From the NCBI GenBank assembly GCA_964549075.1, contig CAZJUB010000009.1, positions 31,159 through 68,198 of the forward strand: a DNA stretch of 37,040 bases. The letters run 5' to 3'. Source of the DNA: an uncultured archaeon (GTDB taxonomy: Archaea; Asgardarchaeota; Heimdallarchaeia; Heimdallarchaeales; Heimdallarchaeaceae). Every line of letters starts with the position of its first letter. Position 1 is the stretch's first letter. Both the position numbers and the translations under genes were made by a program. Below the pieces are notes generated by a model, which saw only the letters and a program-made list of their open reading frames with translations, ran no database searches and was not told the origin of the DNA. This document shows, one piece after another, positions 7,889-17,161 of this stretch.

Positions 7889-9511
7889 TTACAATCTGGT
7901 ATTTATGTAACCTATCCCACCTATAGGTGTTTCACTTGAATAATGTCTTTTGTAAGAAGCGAGGTAATCACCTAAACCTGTAATTGTTGCCATTACAAAC
8001 CATGGCCAACTTACTTCTTGCCATTGATGATGACTATCATACATACCAAATTGCCAAGATTTGTATTTTTCAATTAGGCTTATCGATTTATCACTCACCG
8101 TTATAACTTCATCCATTTTATCCCTTATTCTATTAGATAATTTGTTTGTTGCCACTTTCAGATTTTCGCTATCTTTCTTTCTTCTTGCTTTTGCTACGCT
8201 TCCTAATATTTTAAAAAAATCATCTGAAAAAAGAGACAAGGATTGAGGTTCTAAATCTCTAGAAACGTTTTCTATCCAAGGGGTATTATACAAAATTCTT
8301 GTATACTTAACAAATATTGGAAATTGTATGCCAATCTTTGTTACTGCGGGAATTACTTGTGCATTATAATTAATCTCACCTGGTCCTGAAACCCTGATAT
8401 AGATAGGTATAATTGATTGTAACAAAGCTTGATTGGTATCCAATCTTGGGATTAAATTCAGAAAGTGTTCATCTAAATCAATTTTATTCTTGTTTATAGT
8501 AAAATTATACTCTTCTTTATTCAATGGGCATTTTCCATTAAAATGAAGATTATTTTCGTCTTCAGTACAAGATAACTCTACTCTATACCCATCATTTGGA
8601 CATTCATAAAAGAAAGGAGCAAAATCCTGTTCTTTTATAGCTGTAGTAGGTTTCAATCCAAGACCTAGTATTTTCTCTGTTGTTTTATTAAATTCGTTTA
8701 GATATTCTTTTCTATTTTTTAAGAAAGGATTGTATCCTTTTAAGGTTAATTTACGAATTTCAGGATGTGATGATGGAAAGAAGATAACTCCCCAGTCGTT
8801 TAGTATGTTAGCTTGTATCCCCCAAATAAGTGTAATCCATTCTCCCATATTTGTTGAATTTCGATATGTTTCTCTTAGATAAGTAATTATGTGTTCAATT
8901 CTTTCCATAAATAATTTTTGAGAATTTAAATCAACAGAATTTTTGAATTCACTGAAAATATTTTTAATAACTTGAAGATTTTCTTCAAGCCAATCATAGT
9001 TGTCAGTTTTGATTCTATTTACAATCACTCCTTCAACCGAATCTTCTAAAACTATTGGTTTACTAATTGAAGATTGGTTGTTTGGAATATGTATTGAGGT
9101 GATTTCTGGTTGAATACTATCATGAGTATTGACTAGAAATATTGGAACAAGATAGTTATCAGTCTCTCTACTCATTTCAGAAAGGGCTGATATGGTCGCA
9201 ATCTTATTGCCTATTATACCTGATCCTCCAAAAATAGTTGTCTGTTGTCCTCCTAAAACTACCCCTTCTTGTATTAAATTAATATTTTCAAGTACTTTTG
9301 GAGTTAATAATCCTAGCTTCTTATGATATTCAATTAAGATGTTTTTTAGATTGGCAACTTTAACAAGATCTACTTCCAGTCTGGGCATTTGATTAACTTG
9401 TTTTAATACCTCTGAAAATGATCTTGGTAAATATCTGTAGAAATGATTGATCTCAGAAAAAGTATTATCTCCTCTCATATAGGATTCATAATAATCTCCA
9501 ATTGTGTCCAT
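7889..9511 (-). CDS. bshC: Bacillithiol biosynthesis cysteine-adding enzyme BshC-like (probable start ATG 9511, MDTIG; track start 9574)
   Basis: VLGGQQTTIFGG...NKIAT, VPIFLVNTHD, SGPGEINYNAQ correspond to the BshC motifs GQQ, VPVFW..EDHD and GPGE..Y.AQ; convergent with bshA, stop codons 1 nt apart. Confidence 0.82.
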   Translation of the reverse strand: MDTIGDYYESYMRGDNTFSEINHFYRYLPRSFSEVLKQVNQMPRLEVDLVKVANLKNILIEYHKKLGLLTPKVLENINLIQEGVVLGGQQTTIFGGSGIIGNKIATISALSEMSRETDNYLVPIFLVNTHDSIQPEITSIHIPNNQSSISKPIVLEDSVEGVIVNRIKTDNYDWLEENLQVIKNIFSEFKNSVDLNSQKLFMERIEHIITYLRETYRNSTNMGEWITLIWGIQANILNDWGVIFFPSSHPEIRKLTLKGYNPFLKNRKEYLNEFNKTTEKILGLGLKPTTAIKEQDFAPFFYECPNDGYRVELSCTEDENNLHFNGKCPLNKEEYNFTINKNKIDLDEHFLNLIPRLDTNQALLQSIIPIYIRVSGPGEINYNAQVIPAVTKIGIQFPIFVKYTRILYNTPWIENVSRDLEPQSLSLFSDDFFKILGSVAKARRKKDSENLKVATNKLSNRIRDKMDEVITVSDKSISLIEKYKSWQFGMYDSHHQWQEVSWPWFVMATITGLGDYLASYKRHYSSETPIGGIGYINTRL

Positions 9512-9831
9512 GGATTTCTTATAAACTAATCGGTTCTTATTAGTTTTTGTATAAGTTAAATTAGAGTAAAACAAAAACCAAAAGAGTATAGTTATTGTTT
9601 AAATTATCGTGCTTAACAAAAATCCTTTTTATCTAGAACACTACCTTTTGTTATTCCTTTAAAAGGAATGTCTTAACTTCCGACAAAAAGCATTTAACGC
9701 CCTTTTTCTTCATAAATTCTTTTTTAGATTAAACGTTCCTCTGTTATTTCTTCTTGAATCTTACACAAATTTTTTAAATGAAGACTTTATAATGAAACCA
9801 CAAGAAATAATTTTCAAGGTGAAAATAAGAA

Positions 9832-9996
9832 ATGGCTAAAGAATGCCCTAAATGTCACAGTAAAAGTCTAAAAGAAGTAGAGGATAAGTCCAAACCAATA
9901 GCTTATTTCGGACATAATCCTATTTACAAAAAGAAATTCGTTTGTAAAGAATGTACATATGAATGGTTTGATGAAGGCGGCGTAGAGGCAGGATAA
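9832..9996 (+). CDS. Unannotated 54-aa Zn-ribbon protein
   Basis: MAKECPKCHSKSLKEVEDKSKPIAYFGHNPIYKKKFVCKECTYEWFDEGGVEAG*; two CxxC motifs; AGGTGA ribosome-binding site about 10 nt upstream; shorter than any ORF in the track. Confidence 0.85.
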   Translation: MAKECPKCHSKSLKEVEDKSKPIAYFGHNPIYKKKFVCKECTYEWFDEGGVEAG

Positions 9997-10081
9997 TACC
10001 TATATGTGTATTTTCTTCCTCCATTTCTCCATCTAGAGATGATTCCTTCTCTTTTCGCATATTTTTACTTCACGTAGGGCT

Positions 10082-11221
10082 ATGAATATGAAAATTAAAG
10101 ATTTTTTAAGAAAATATACTTTTCGAATTATTATTTTTCTGATAATGGTTGGATTCTTAATATACTTCTTTTACGGATTAGATTTTCATGGTTCTTTTGA
10201 AGTTCTTAAAGAGGCATCAATTCTATATTTGTTAATCGCACTTTTTTTCATGCTAGTTAGTGCTGCAGTTAAAGCATATCGTTTCTATATGCTATTAAAA
10301 CCCAATAATCCTGATTTAAAATTTAAAAAGTTTCTACTACCTTATCTTGTAGGATATGGATTTAGTGTATTAGGACCATTTAAAACAGGAGAAGTTGCTA
10401 GTGTAGAGATAAATAAAAGAAATCTAGATATACCTCGTTCTTCATCTTTTGCAGCATTGGCATTTTTCAGAGTTGTAGATGTATTAGTAGTTCTAGTTTT
10501 CTTTATAATCGCTTTAGGAGTGACTCTACCAAAGATTATAAACAATACAGTTGATCCTGATTTAGCCTCAAAAATTCAAATAGGAACAAATATAGTCTTT
10601 TATTTGGCAATAGCAGGAACAATCGTTCTAATTGCTATATTATTTATTCCACAGATTGGAAGATTTTTCCTTAAAATAACTACAAAGGTAATAGGTAAAA
10701 TTTCTAGCAAAGCAGGCAGCTGGTTAGACAGAGTTGTTGAACCTGCTTTAAATGAATATTATAAGTCACTTAGATTTCTTTACAGCAAAATTTTCATTGC
10801 TTCAATTGTAATTATTACAACTGTGTTGAGGTGGATACTAGAAATTTATTCATTAAAATTTACATTGATAGCTTTCGGTAGCAATATAAACCTGATAGAT
10901 GCAGCATCAGTCATGTCCATAGCATTACTAATTGGTTTGATTACTCTTGTTCCTGCTGGCATAGGAACTGGAACTATTACGACACAAGTTCTACTCATCG
11001 GTTTACTTATTCCTAAAGATATAGCTACTATACCAGTACTTTATCAAGCACGCAAAGCCATAATAGACACTTCAATTCTCTATCAAGCTTTAATTGGTAT
11101 CATACTCACTTTACTACTAGCAGCGATAGCTTCTCCTTTCTTAAAAGAAGTAAAGAGAGAATTTTCTGAGGAGAAAGAAGGAAACAAATCACAAGCAATA
11201 AACAGCGAAATAGAAAATTAA
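10082..11221 (+). CDS. Lysylphosphatidylglycerol synthase TM-region / UPF0104 flippase-like membrane protein
   Basis: Multiple TM helices; KAYRF, GPFKTGEVA, RVVD and VPAGIG motifs. Confidence 0.85.
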   Translation: MNMKIKDFLRKYTFRIIIFLIMVGFLIYFFYGLDFHGSFEVLKEASILYLLIALFFMLVSAAVKAYRFYMLLKPNNPDLKFKKFLLPYLVGYGFSVLGPFKTGEVASVEINKRNLDIPRSSSFAALAFFRVVDVLVVLVFFIIALGVTLPKIINNTVDPDLASKIQIGTNIVFYLAIAGTIVLIAILFIPQIGRFFLKITTKVIGKISSKAGSWLDRVVEPALNEYYKSLRFLYSKIFIASIVIITTVLRWILEIYSLKFTLIAFGSNINLIDAASVMSIALLIGLITLVPAGIGTGTITTQVLLIGLLIPKDIATIPVLYQARKAIIDTSILYQALIGIILTLLLAAIASPFLKEVKREFSEEKEGNKSQAINSEIEN

Positions 11222-11940
11222 ATACCCCGTCGTAAACGACTTATAAGAAAATGATGAAATCCTAGTTCTTCCATTTTTTTACAAGTAGTTTCGACATCAT
11301 ACTCAAGTCTAATGTGTTCATACTCGAAATCTTTTGATTTTTCATTTATTCTAAATGTCATAAACGAAGCTCTAGGATCATTGTCTCTAGGTTGACCAAC
11401 AGAACCAGGATTTAAGAGATGTTTTCCTTCATTAACAATATGAAGAGGTTTATGGGTGTGTCCTAAAAAGAGGAAGTCAATCTCTGTAAATTCTCTCGTT
11501 ATCTCAAAAAAGATATTATAAGACCATGAAGGTAAATCTGGAGATACATAATCTCTTAAAGGTCTTCTTGGAGAACCATGAACAAACATTGCATTCCCTT
11601 CTGTAATAAAAAGTGGAAAAATGGAGAAAAACGGGTGAGATCCCAAGAGAAGTTTTTCTTGTTCTGTTAGTATATTTTTAGTCCAAGACAACGAAATTTT
11701 AGGTAAAGGATTAAAATACTTGAAATTATCCTTAAAAATTGCATAATCATGATTCCCGACAACATGTATCTGTGCTAGATTTTCAACTATTTCCAAACAT
11801 TCTCTTGGATTAGGTCCATATCCAACTGTATCTCCAAGATAGATAATAATGTCAGGAGATAAATCTTTGATTTTATCAGCTACTTCAGATAATGCTTCAA
11901 GATTTGAATGAACATCTGAAAAGATAGCTAGAGTAATCAT
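11218..11940 (-). CDS. Metallophosphoesterase (calcineurin-like, MJ0912-type)
   Basis: SDVHSN, LGDTVGYGP, GNHD, HGSP, GHTH, NPGSVGQPRD. Confidence 0.92.
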   Translation of the reverse strand: MITLAIFSDVHSNLEALSEVADKIKDLSPDIIIYLGDTVGYGPNPRECLEIVENLAQIHVVGNHDYAIFKDNFKYFNPLPKISLSWTKNILTEQEKLLLGSHPFFSIFPLFITEGNAMFVHGSPRRPLRDYVSPDLPSWSYNIFFEITREFTEIDFLFLGHTHKPLHIVNEGKHLLNPGSVGQPRDNDPRASFMTFRINEKSKDFEYEHIRLEYDVETTCKKMEELGFHHFLISRLRRGI

Positions 11941-12033
11941 TTATATTTCTCTCTTATATTTTCTTAATTATCTTTCATTTAAATAAAGTATTTGTTAAAA
12001 AATGAAAAGATAAAGGTAAGGAGATTAAATAAC

Positions 12034-14034
12034 TTATACTTCTTCTTCTTTACCTTTGTATTTTATTGTGGCAAAACCGCCAAGAATAACTAATCCTAAA
12101 GATACAATGAAAAGTATCATTGCTAAATAATCTATTGAAATTGGATTACCTACTGTAGGCTGAACGTAAATCTCATATAACTCCGTTTGGTTATAACCAT
12201 ATCCTCTTTTATGCATACGTATAGTAACATCGATAAAATCTGCTTTAATTGTATTTGCAGGAGTGATAGTTCCATTAAAGTGCCTATTATCTCCGGTGTT
12301 TACAAGATTTTCTTGGTTTCGATCAGCCTTAAGTTCGAGAATTACTACCCACACATGAAGGTTTTCAACTGTTGTATTATTATCACTATAAACTGTTATA
12401 TGAACATTGATAAAGCCACCTGCTAATATCTCTGTTTCTTCAACAACAAAGTCTTCATAAGATAGTAGATGTTGCAAGTTAAATAGCCATTGAACTTGAC
12501 TGATAAATAGATATTTATTATCTGCTTTAATAATGTTAGATGAATTAAAAATATCTGCAGATGCTGTAGCAATAAGTTTACCTCCTCTTTGTAACTCGAC
12601 TGCTGCTTGGAAAACTGCTGAGTCATTCAGGTTGTAATCTGCACTGCTGTTATACATTCTATCATCATCTAGATCAACGTAGAATTCACCTGTTTTGTTC
12701 AAAGTTGCATATAGGTCTCCTTGTTGAAATTGTATATACATCTCTCCAGAAGTACCATTATTTGTAAAATTTAAAGCTGATCCTTGGTAGAAGATTGAAG
12801 TAACATCTTGATTAGAAAGAATTGATGAATCCGTGAAGTATGGAATATCAGCTATATCTGCAGAATCCAGTGTTATTGTAGAATTAACACCTAAATCTTC
12901 AGAGAAAATTGTTGAATTAAATATTTGTAGACCGAAGTTTTCTAATAGTTTATTGATGGGTTTTGTATCTGCTGAAATCTCGCCTAAAATATACAAGCTA
13001 CCACCTGATGCAGTATAGAATCTGAGAGCTTCAACATCATTATCAGTTAGATCATTTAAGGCTCCAACTAAGATTATTAGGTCGTAACTATCAATTACAT
13101 TATATACAAATTCGTAACCATTTGACTCAAATTTTTCAGTTATATTAAATCCATAACTGTTTAGTATGTTATTAATTACTGAAAGATTATGTTCTAGAGA
13201 ATTTTGAGAATCAGAAATGTATGTGAGAACACTTTTTGCTGACAGATCTTCTTCATAAGAGAAATATTCGTATGTTGGATATAATCTAAAAGATTTCCAC
13301 TGACTGACTCTGTTATATAGTTCTGTATAATTATAATTTGCTGTGTTATTTTTAAAGAGAATAACCAGATAACTAATAGTATCTCCATCATTAAGTTCAA
13401 TATCTCTACCAGCAGTGTCTTTTGAATTCAATTCTTTAGCTATCTCAATAGATACTTCATATCTGTTAAAATCATCTAAATGTTTGTTTAAAGCAGCAAC
13501 TGAGTTTTCAACTCCTGTAGCGTTATTATCACCAATCATTGAGTTATAAGCTGTTCCGTTTATGAACATGTCTTGTCCTCCTAATTGTCTGTAATTAATA
13601 GCTACACAATCATCAGCAGTGATGTTAGAAGAGCCAATTAAAGCATCAAAACTGTTATCAAAAACTACAGCTAACCAAGTATGATTAACAGAATTGTAAT
13701 CTACATAGACAGCACTAGTATAACTTATGCCCATAAATAAATGGGTAGAATTTGCTTGAACACGTATTGTTACAGATATTTCATTTTGAGAAGGACCTAT
13801 AGAAACAGTTTGGACTGTAGCATTTTCCCATTCTCCTAAATAACTTTCTAAATTACCATCTATTATTGGTTCTGTATTGTTTAAAAACACAATATCCCCT
13901 TGAGGTGATATTTGAGAAATTTTCTTTTCATCTGAAATCATCGCTTTTGATGAAACACTGCTAAAACTTGAGAGTATTAGTCCTAGTATAATAGTTAAAA
14001 CTACAATTATTTTCTTAACATATCGTGTTCGCAC
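12034..14034 (-). CDS. Single-pass surface protein: signal peptide, DOMON/CBM9-like domain, GIFT domain, Ig-like domain, C-terminal TM (OST48/Wbp1-like)
   Basis: Hydrophobic N-terminus; IDGNL...GEWENA; YDLIILVG...DVEALRFYTASGGSLYILGE...INKLLENFG...GKLIATASADIF...DN..F....QWL; TM LAMILFIVSLGLVILGGFATI then KYKGKEEEV; many NxS/T sequons. Confidence 0.72.
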   Translation of the reverse strand: MRTRYVKKIIVVLTIILGLILSSFSSVSSKAMISDEKKISQISPQGDIVFLNNTEPIIDGNLESYLGEWENATVQTVSIGPSQNEISVTIRVQANSTHLFMGISYTSAVYVDYNSVNHTWLAVVFDNSFDALIGSSNITADDCVAINYRQLGGQDMFINGTAYNSMIGDNNATGVENSVAALNKHLDDFNRYEVSIEIAKELNSKDTAGRDIELNDGDTISYLVILFKNNTANYNYTELYNRVSQWKSFRLYPTYEYFSYEEDLSAKSVLTYISDSQNSLEHNLSVINNILNSYGFNITEKFESNGYEFVYNVIDSYDLIILVGALNDLTDNDVEALRFYTASGGSLYILGEISADTKPINKLLENFGLQIFNSTIFSEDLGVNSTITLDSADIADIPYFTDSSILSNQDVTSIFYQGSALNFTNNGTSGEMYIQFQQGDLYATLNKTGEFYVDLDDDRMYNSSADYNLNDSAVFQAAVELQRGGKLIATASADIFNSSNIIKADNKYLFISQVQWLFNLQHLLSYEDFVVEETEILAGGFINVHITVYSDNNTTVENLHVWVVILELKADRNQENLVNTGDNRHFNGTITPANTIKADFIDVTIRMHKRGYGYNQTELYEIYVQPTVGNPISIDYLAMILFIVSLGLVILGGFATIKYKGKEEEV

Positions 14035-14209
14035 TTGAGTCTACTCCATTGAGTTTATTAAAGGCCTAGCTTTTGCCTTTTTAAACTTTATTTCTTCAAA
14101 GAAGTTCAAGGCACTTATAATGCAACAGTAGCAAAATACTTATTTGAATATGGAAATACTGTATAATCGTAATCTAAATAATCTGTATCTGACTGATGGA
14201 GATAAGAAC

Positions 14210-15433
14210 ATGTCTGAGCTTAAGAATAAACTTCTAAAAGAAGAGTATAAAGATCAACCTGAAGTAAAAAAGTTACCAATTTTAGCGTTATTAGAAATTT
14301 CTGAAGATGAAGCAAAATTTTTGAAGGAAATTGGCTTAGAAACTATTGAAGGTCTTGCTACTGAGTGGAGTAATTATTATGATAAAATAGCAAAAAGAAT
14401 TCCAAAGGAAAGGATAAACAGCTGGATCGCTGCTAGCAGACTCCTATCACTTGAAGACACAAAAAAAGTTACTTCAGGAGCTAAAATCATCATGGTGGGA
14501 ATTGATAATGCTGGAAAAACTTCATTATCAATCGCTTTGAAACATCGTGGAGCATTATCTTTATTATTCCAAAAATTATATGCTTTAACTCCAACAAGAG
14601 GTTTACTCAGAAGCAAAATTGAGGTATTTGGATTAGATGTGCACATGCATGAACTTGGAGGACAAAGTATCTACCGAGAAGATTATTTGAACAATCCCCA
14701 ACAATATTTTATTGGAACTGATATTATTATTTTCGTTTTAGATGTGCAAGCAAAAGAAAGATTTGAAGAAAGTTTTGAATATTTGAAACAAATCACAAAC
14801 GTTACAAATTCATTAAAATTAAAAGTTCCTTGGAAGATATTTTTCCATAAATCAGATCCAGAATATGAAATTGATGATAAAAGTGCTGAAATATTTAGTT
14901 CGATTATTGACTACATGTCTAAAAACTGCCCCCATTTCAATCCTGCAAAAGATTTCTTTAGAACAAGTGTAAAAATTAGGTCATCAATTTTAGGTGCTTT
15001 TTCACATATTTTCAGGGAAATTTCTCTAATTCAAGATGGTGTTAAGAATGCATCTCAAAAAATAGCTGAAGAGCTAAATGCAGATTTCTTCGGATTATAT
15101 GACTTTAGAAGTAATGTGTGTTTTGCTCAATTCGCAAAAGAAGAAAATCTAACTGACGTATCACATAATGCATACTATGAAGCTATTGAAACTATAGTTA
15201 ATATGAGAGAACCATTTCTTAGAATTCGAAGATATACTCTTGAAAATGAAGTAAATGAAATTTTCATTTTAAGAGACCTGCGTTTTGGTGGAGATCGTTA
15301 CATTATGGCAATGTTAACGCAAGATGAAGAAATAGCAAGAAATCTTGATCAAGATGCTATTCAAGAAATCATTGATGAACAATTACAAGATTGGATAGAA
15401 TTCAGAGGATATGCAACGTTTCCACTTGAATAG
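14210..15433 (+). CDS. Rag/Gtr-like small GTPase with N-terminal HhH-like domain and C-terminal roadblock/longin-like domain (probable start ATG 14210; track start 14144)
   Basis: G1 GIDNAGKTS, G2 PTRG, G3 ELGGQ, G4 HKSD, G5 TSV; GGAGA upstream of ATG 14210. Confidence 0.85.
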   Translation: MSELKNKLLKEEYKDQPEVKKLPILALLEISEDEAKFLKEIGLETIEGLATEWSNYYDKIAKRIPKERINSWIAASRLLSLEDTKKVTSGAKIIMVGIDNAGKTSLSIALKHRGALSLLFQKLYALTPTRGLLRSKIEVFGLDVHMHELGGQSIYREDYLNNPQQYFIGTDIIIFVLDVQAKERFEESFEYLKQITNVTNSLKLKVPWKIFFHKSDPEYEIDDKSAEIFSSIIDYMSKNCPHFNPAKDFFRTSVKIRSSILGAFSHIFREISLIQDGVKNASQKIAEELNADFFGLYDFRSNVCFAQFAKEENLTDVSHNAYYEAIETIVNMREPFLRIRRYTLENEVNEIFILRDLRFGGDRYIMAMLTQDEEIARNLDQDAIQEIIDEQLQDWIEFRGYATFPLE

Positions 15434-15520
15434 TATTTACTACATCTTAAACGTCATTTATTTTTTCGCATTAATAAAAAGATAAATCTTTAAGATAGTT
15501 AGATTTCAATGAGCAAAGAT

Positions 15521-15611
15521 GCTCCGATAGCTCAGCCCGGCTAGAGCGGTGATCTCGTAAAGTTATCGAGAAAGTCGCAGAACGGGGGTTCAAATCCCCC
15601 TCGGAGCTCCA
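15521..15611 (+). tRNA. tRNA-Thr(CGU) with a 13-nt intron at position 37/38 (15560-15572), CCA encoded
   Basis: Acceptor stem GCTCCGA/TCGGAGC, discriminator T, anticodon CGT at 15556-15558; intron AAGTTATCGAGAA forms a CTCG/CGAG central helix with 3-nt bulges; T arm GGGGG-TTCAAAT-CCCCC. Confidence 0.92.
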
Positions 15612-15654
15612 TTTTCCGCTCAAAGTTTAAATATATCTGTAATTCTATCCAACT

Positions 15655-16587
15655 ATGACAAAATATCTCTTTATTGTAAATCCTCACGCAAGAAATAAGG
15701 CAATAGGTAAAATGTGGCCAGAAGTTGAAGGAGAGATACTAAAACGAGGTTGGGATCACACTACTATTTATACACGAGAAACTAAGCATGCAATTGATAT
15801 TGCAAAAAACAAAGCAAAAAATTACGATGTCATTGTTGCAACTGGAGGTGATGGTACCGTAAACGAAGTTGCAAATGGTTTATATGGAACAGGTAAAACT
15901 TTTGGAGTATTACCACTCGGAAATGGAAATGATTTTGCATATGGAATCCTTCTTGATGATAATTTCATGAGAAGTTTAGATGTTCTGGAAAAAGGCATAA
16001 CTACAGATCTTACAGTAGGTATTGCTGAAGCAGATGAAGACAAACGTTATTTCATAAATATAGTAGATACAGGAGTTGGTGCAAAAATTTCTGTCTCAGC
16101 TTTTACTGATGCAAAATGGCTAAGCGGTTTTCTAAAATATTATTATTTGGCTCTTAAGGGAGTATTGAAATATAGGTTAGTAAAATCAAAAATCCAAGTT
16201 GATGATCAAGATCCGTTTGAATGTGGGCTAGTTATTTTAGCTGCTGGAATGGGTCACCGTTTTGGTGCAGGTTTTCAAATACTTCCTGATAATTATGGAT
16301 TCGAACCAGATTTTGCTATTTGTTATGCGCATGATATAAGTAAAATGAAGCAAATTGAGCTACTCAATGTGTTGAAAGGAGGACATCACATAGGGAAAGA
16401 AAATGTAGAGTATATAAGAGGTAGTAAAATCAGTTTAGAATTAGAAAAACCTCTTCCAGTTGAAGTTGAAGGTGAAATTGTAAACTTTGGTGCTAAAAAT
16501 GTGAAATTTGAAGTAGCTCCTGAGAAACTAAGAACAGTTGTTCCTGATGAGTTCATTCAACTTAAAGAATCTAGGCAACACAAATAA
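15655..16587 (+). CDS. Diacylglycerol/sphingosine kinase-family lipid kinase (YegS/BmrU-like)
   Basis: IVNPHA, GGDGTVNEV, LPLGNGNDFA, FINIVDTGVGA, EVEGE. Confidence 0.92.
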   Translation: MTKYLFIVNPHARNKAIGKMWPEVEGEILKRGWDHTTIYTRETKHAIDIAKNKAKNYDVIVATGGDGTVNEVANGLYGTGKTFGVLPLGNGNDFAYGILLDDNFMRSLDVLEKGITTDLTVGIAEADEDKRYFINIVDTGVGAKISVSAFTDAKWLSGFLKYYYLALKGVLKYRLVKSKIQVDDQDPFECGLVILAAGMGHRFGAGFQILPDNYGFEPDFAICYAHDISKMKQIELLNVLKGGHHIGKENVEYIRGSKISLELEKPLPVEVEGEIVNFGAKNVKFEVAPEKLRTVVPDEFIQLKESRQHK

Positions 16588-16661
16588 AGATGTAAGTACT
16601 TCATTAAACAAAAAGGAAGAATATTTCTTCAAGCATCTTTCAATCTCTTGGAGAGATTTAT

Positions 16662-17120
16662 TTGCATGTAGGATTTATCGTTCAAAAATTAACAAAAGAG
16701 GAAATTGATAGTTTAACTATTACTATATCGAAAAAAGATTTGGAGATGTTTCCTAATGAAGGAGTTCTTTTTTTTATTGAATCGTATGATGAAATATTTG
16801 GCTGTTATATCGATTCTAATGGGAACATAACTGGACTTGAGGGATGGTTTCAAAAATTTCCTGTAGCCAGAGATGATATTGTGATTATTTCGAAGTATTC
16901 TGAAGGATTTTTCCTTTCAACAATGTCAGAAATAGTTGAACAACAGCAACATTTTGTAATAGAAATGGACAGAATTTTATCTTCAGAACCAACTGATATC
17001 TTCTGTCCAAATTGCAGATATAATCTCGAACATGGAGGAAGAACTTCTAGAGAAGACTCTTATATACTCAAATGTGCAAGATGTGGTTTTACACTTGTGA
17101 AAAAGAGTCTTTTAGATTGA
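16662..17120 (+). CDS. Hypothetical protein, possible B3/EcoRII-N-like barrel plus C-terminal Zn ribbon
   Basis: ITGLEGWFQKF...DDIVIISK; CPNC...CARCG. Confidence 0.65.
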   Translation: MHVGFIVQKLTKEEIDSLTITISKKDLEMFPNEGVLFFIESYDEIFGCYIDSNGNITGLEGWFQKFPVARDDIVIISKYSEGFFLSTMSEIVEQQQHFVIEMDRILSSEPTDIFCPNCRYNLEHGGRTSREDSYILKCARCGFTLVKKSLLD

Positions 17121-17161
17121 CATCATAAAACAAATTTATAATTTGAAAACTAAATTTAATC

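Noticed and set aside
11218-11940. Metallophosphoesterase as a Vps29 retromer homologue
   Set aside because: The GYGP and GSVGQPRD motifs and the length fit the widespread prokaryotic MJ0912-like family.
15655-16587. Lipid kinase as a sphingosine kinase partnering the SPT-like enzyme
   Set aside because: About 10 kb away, and the DAGK_cat family is widespread; substrate cannot be inferred from the motifs.
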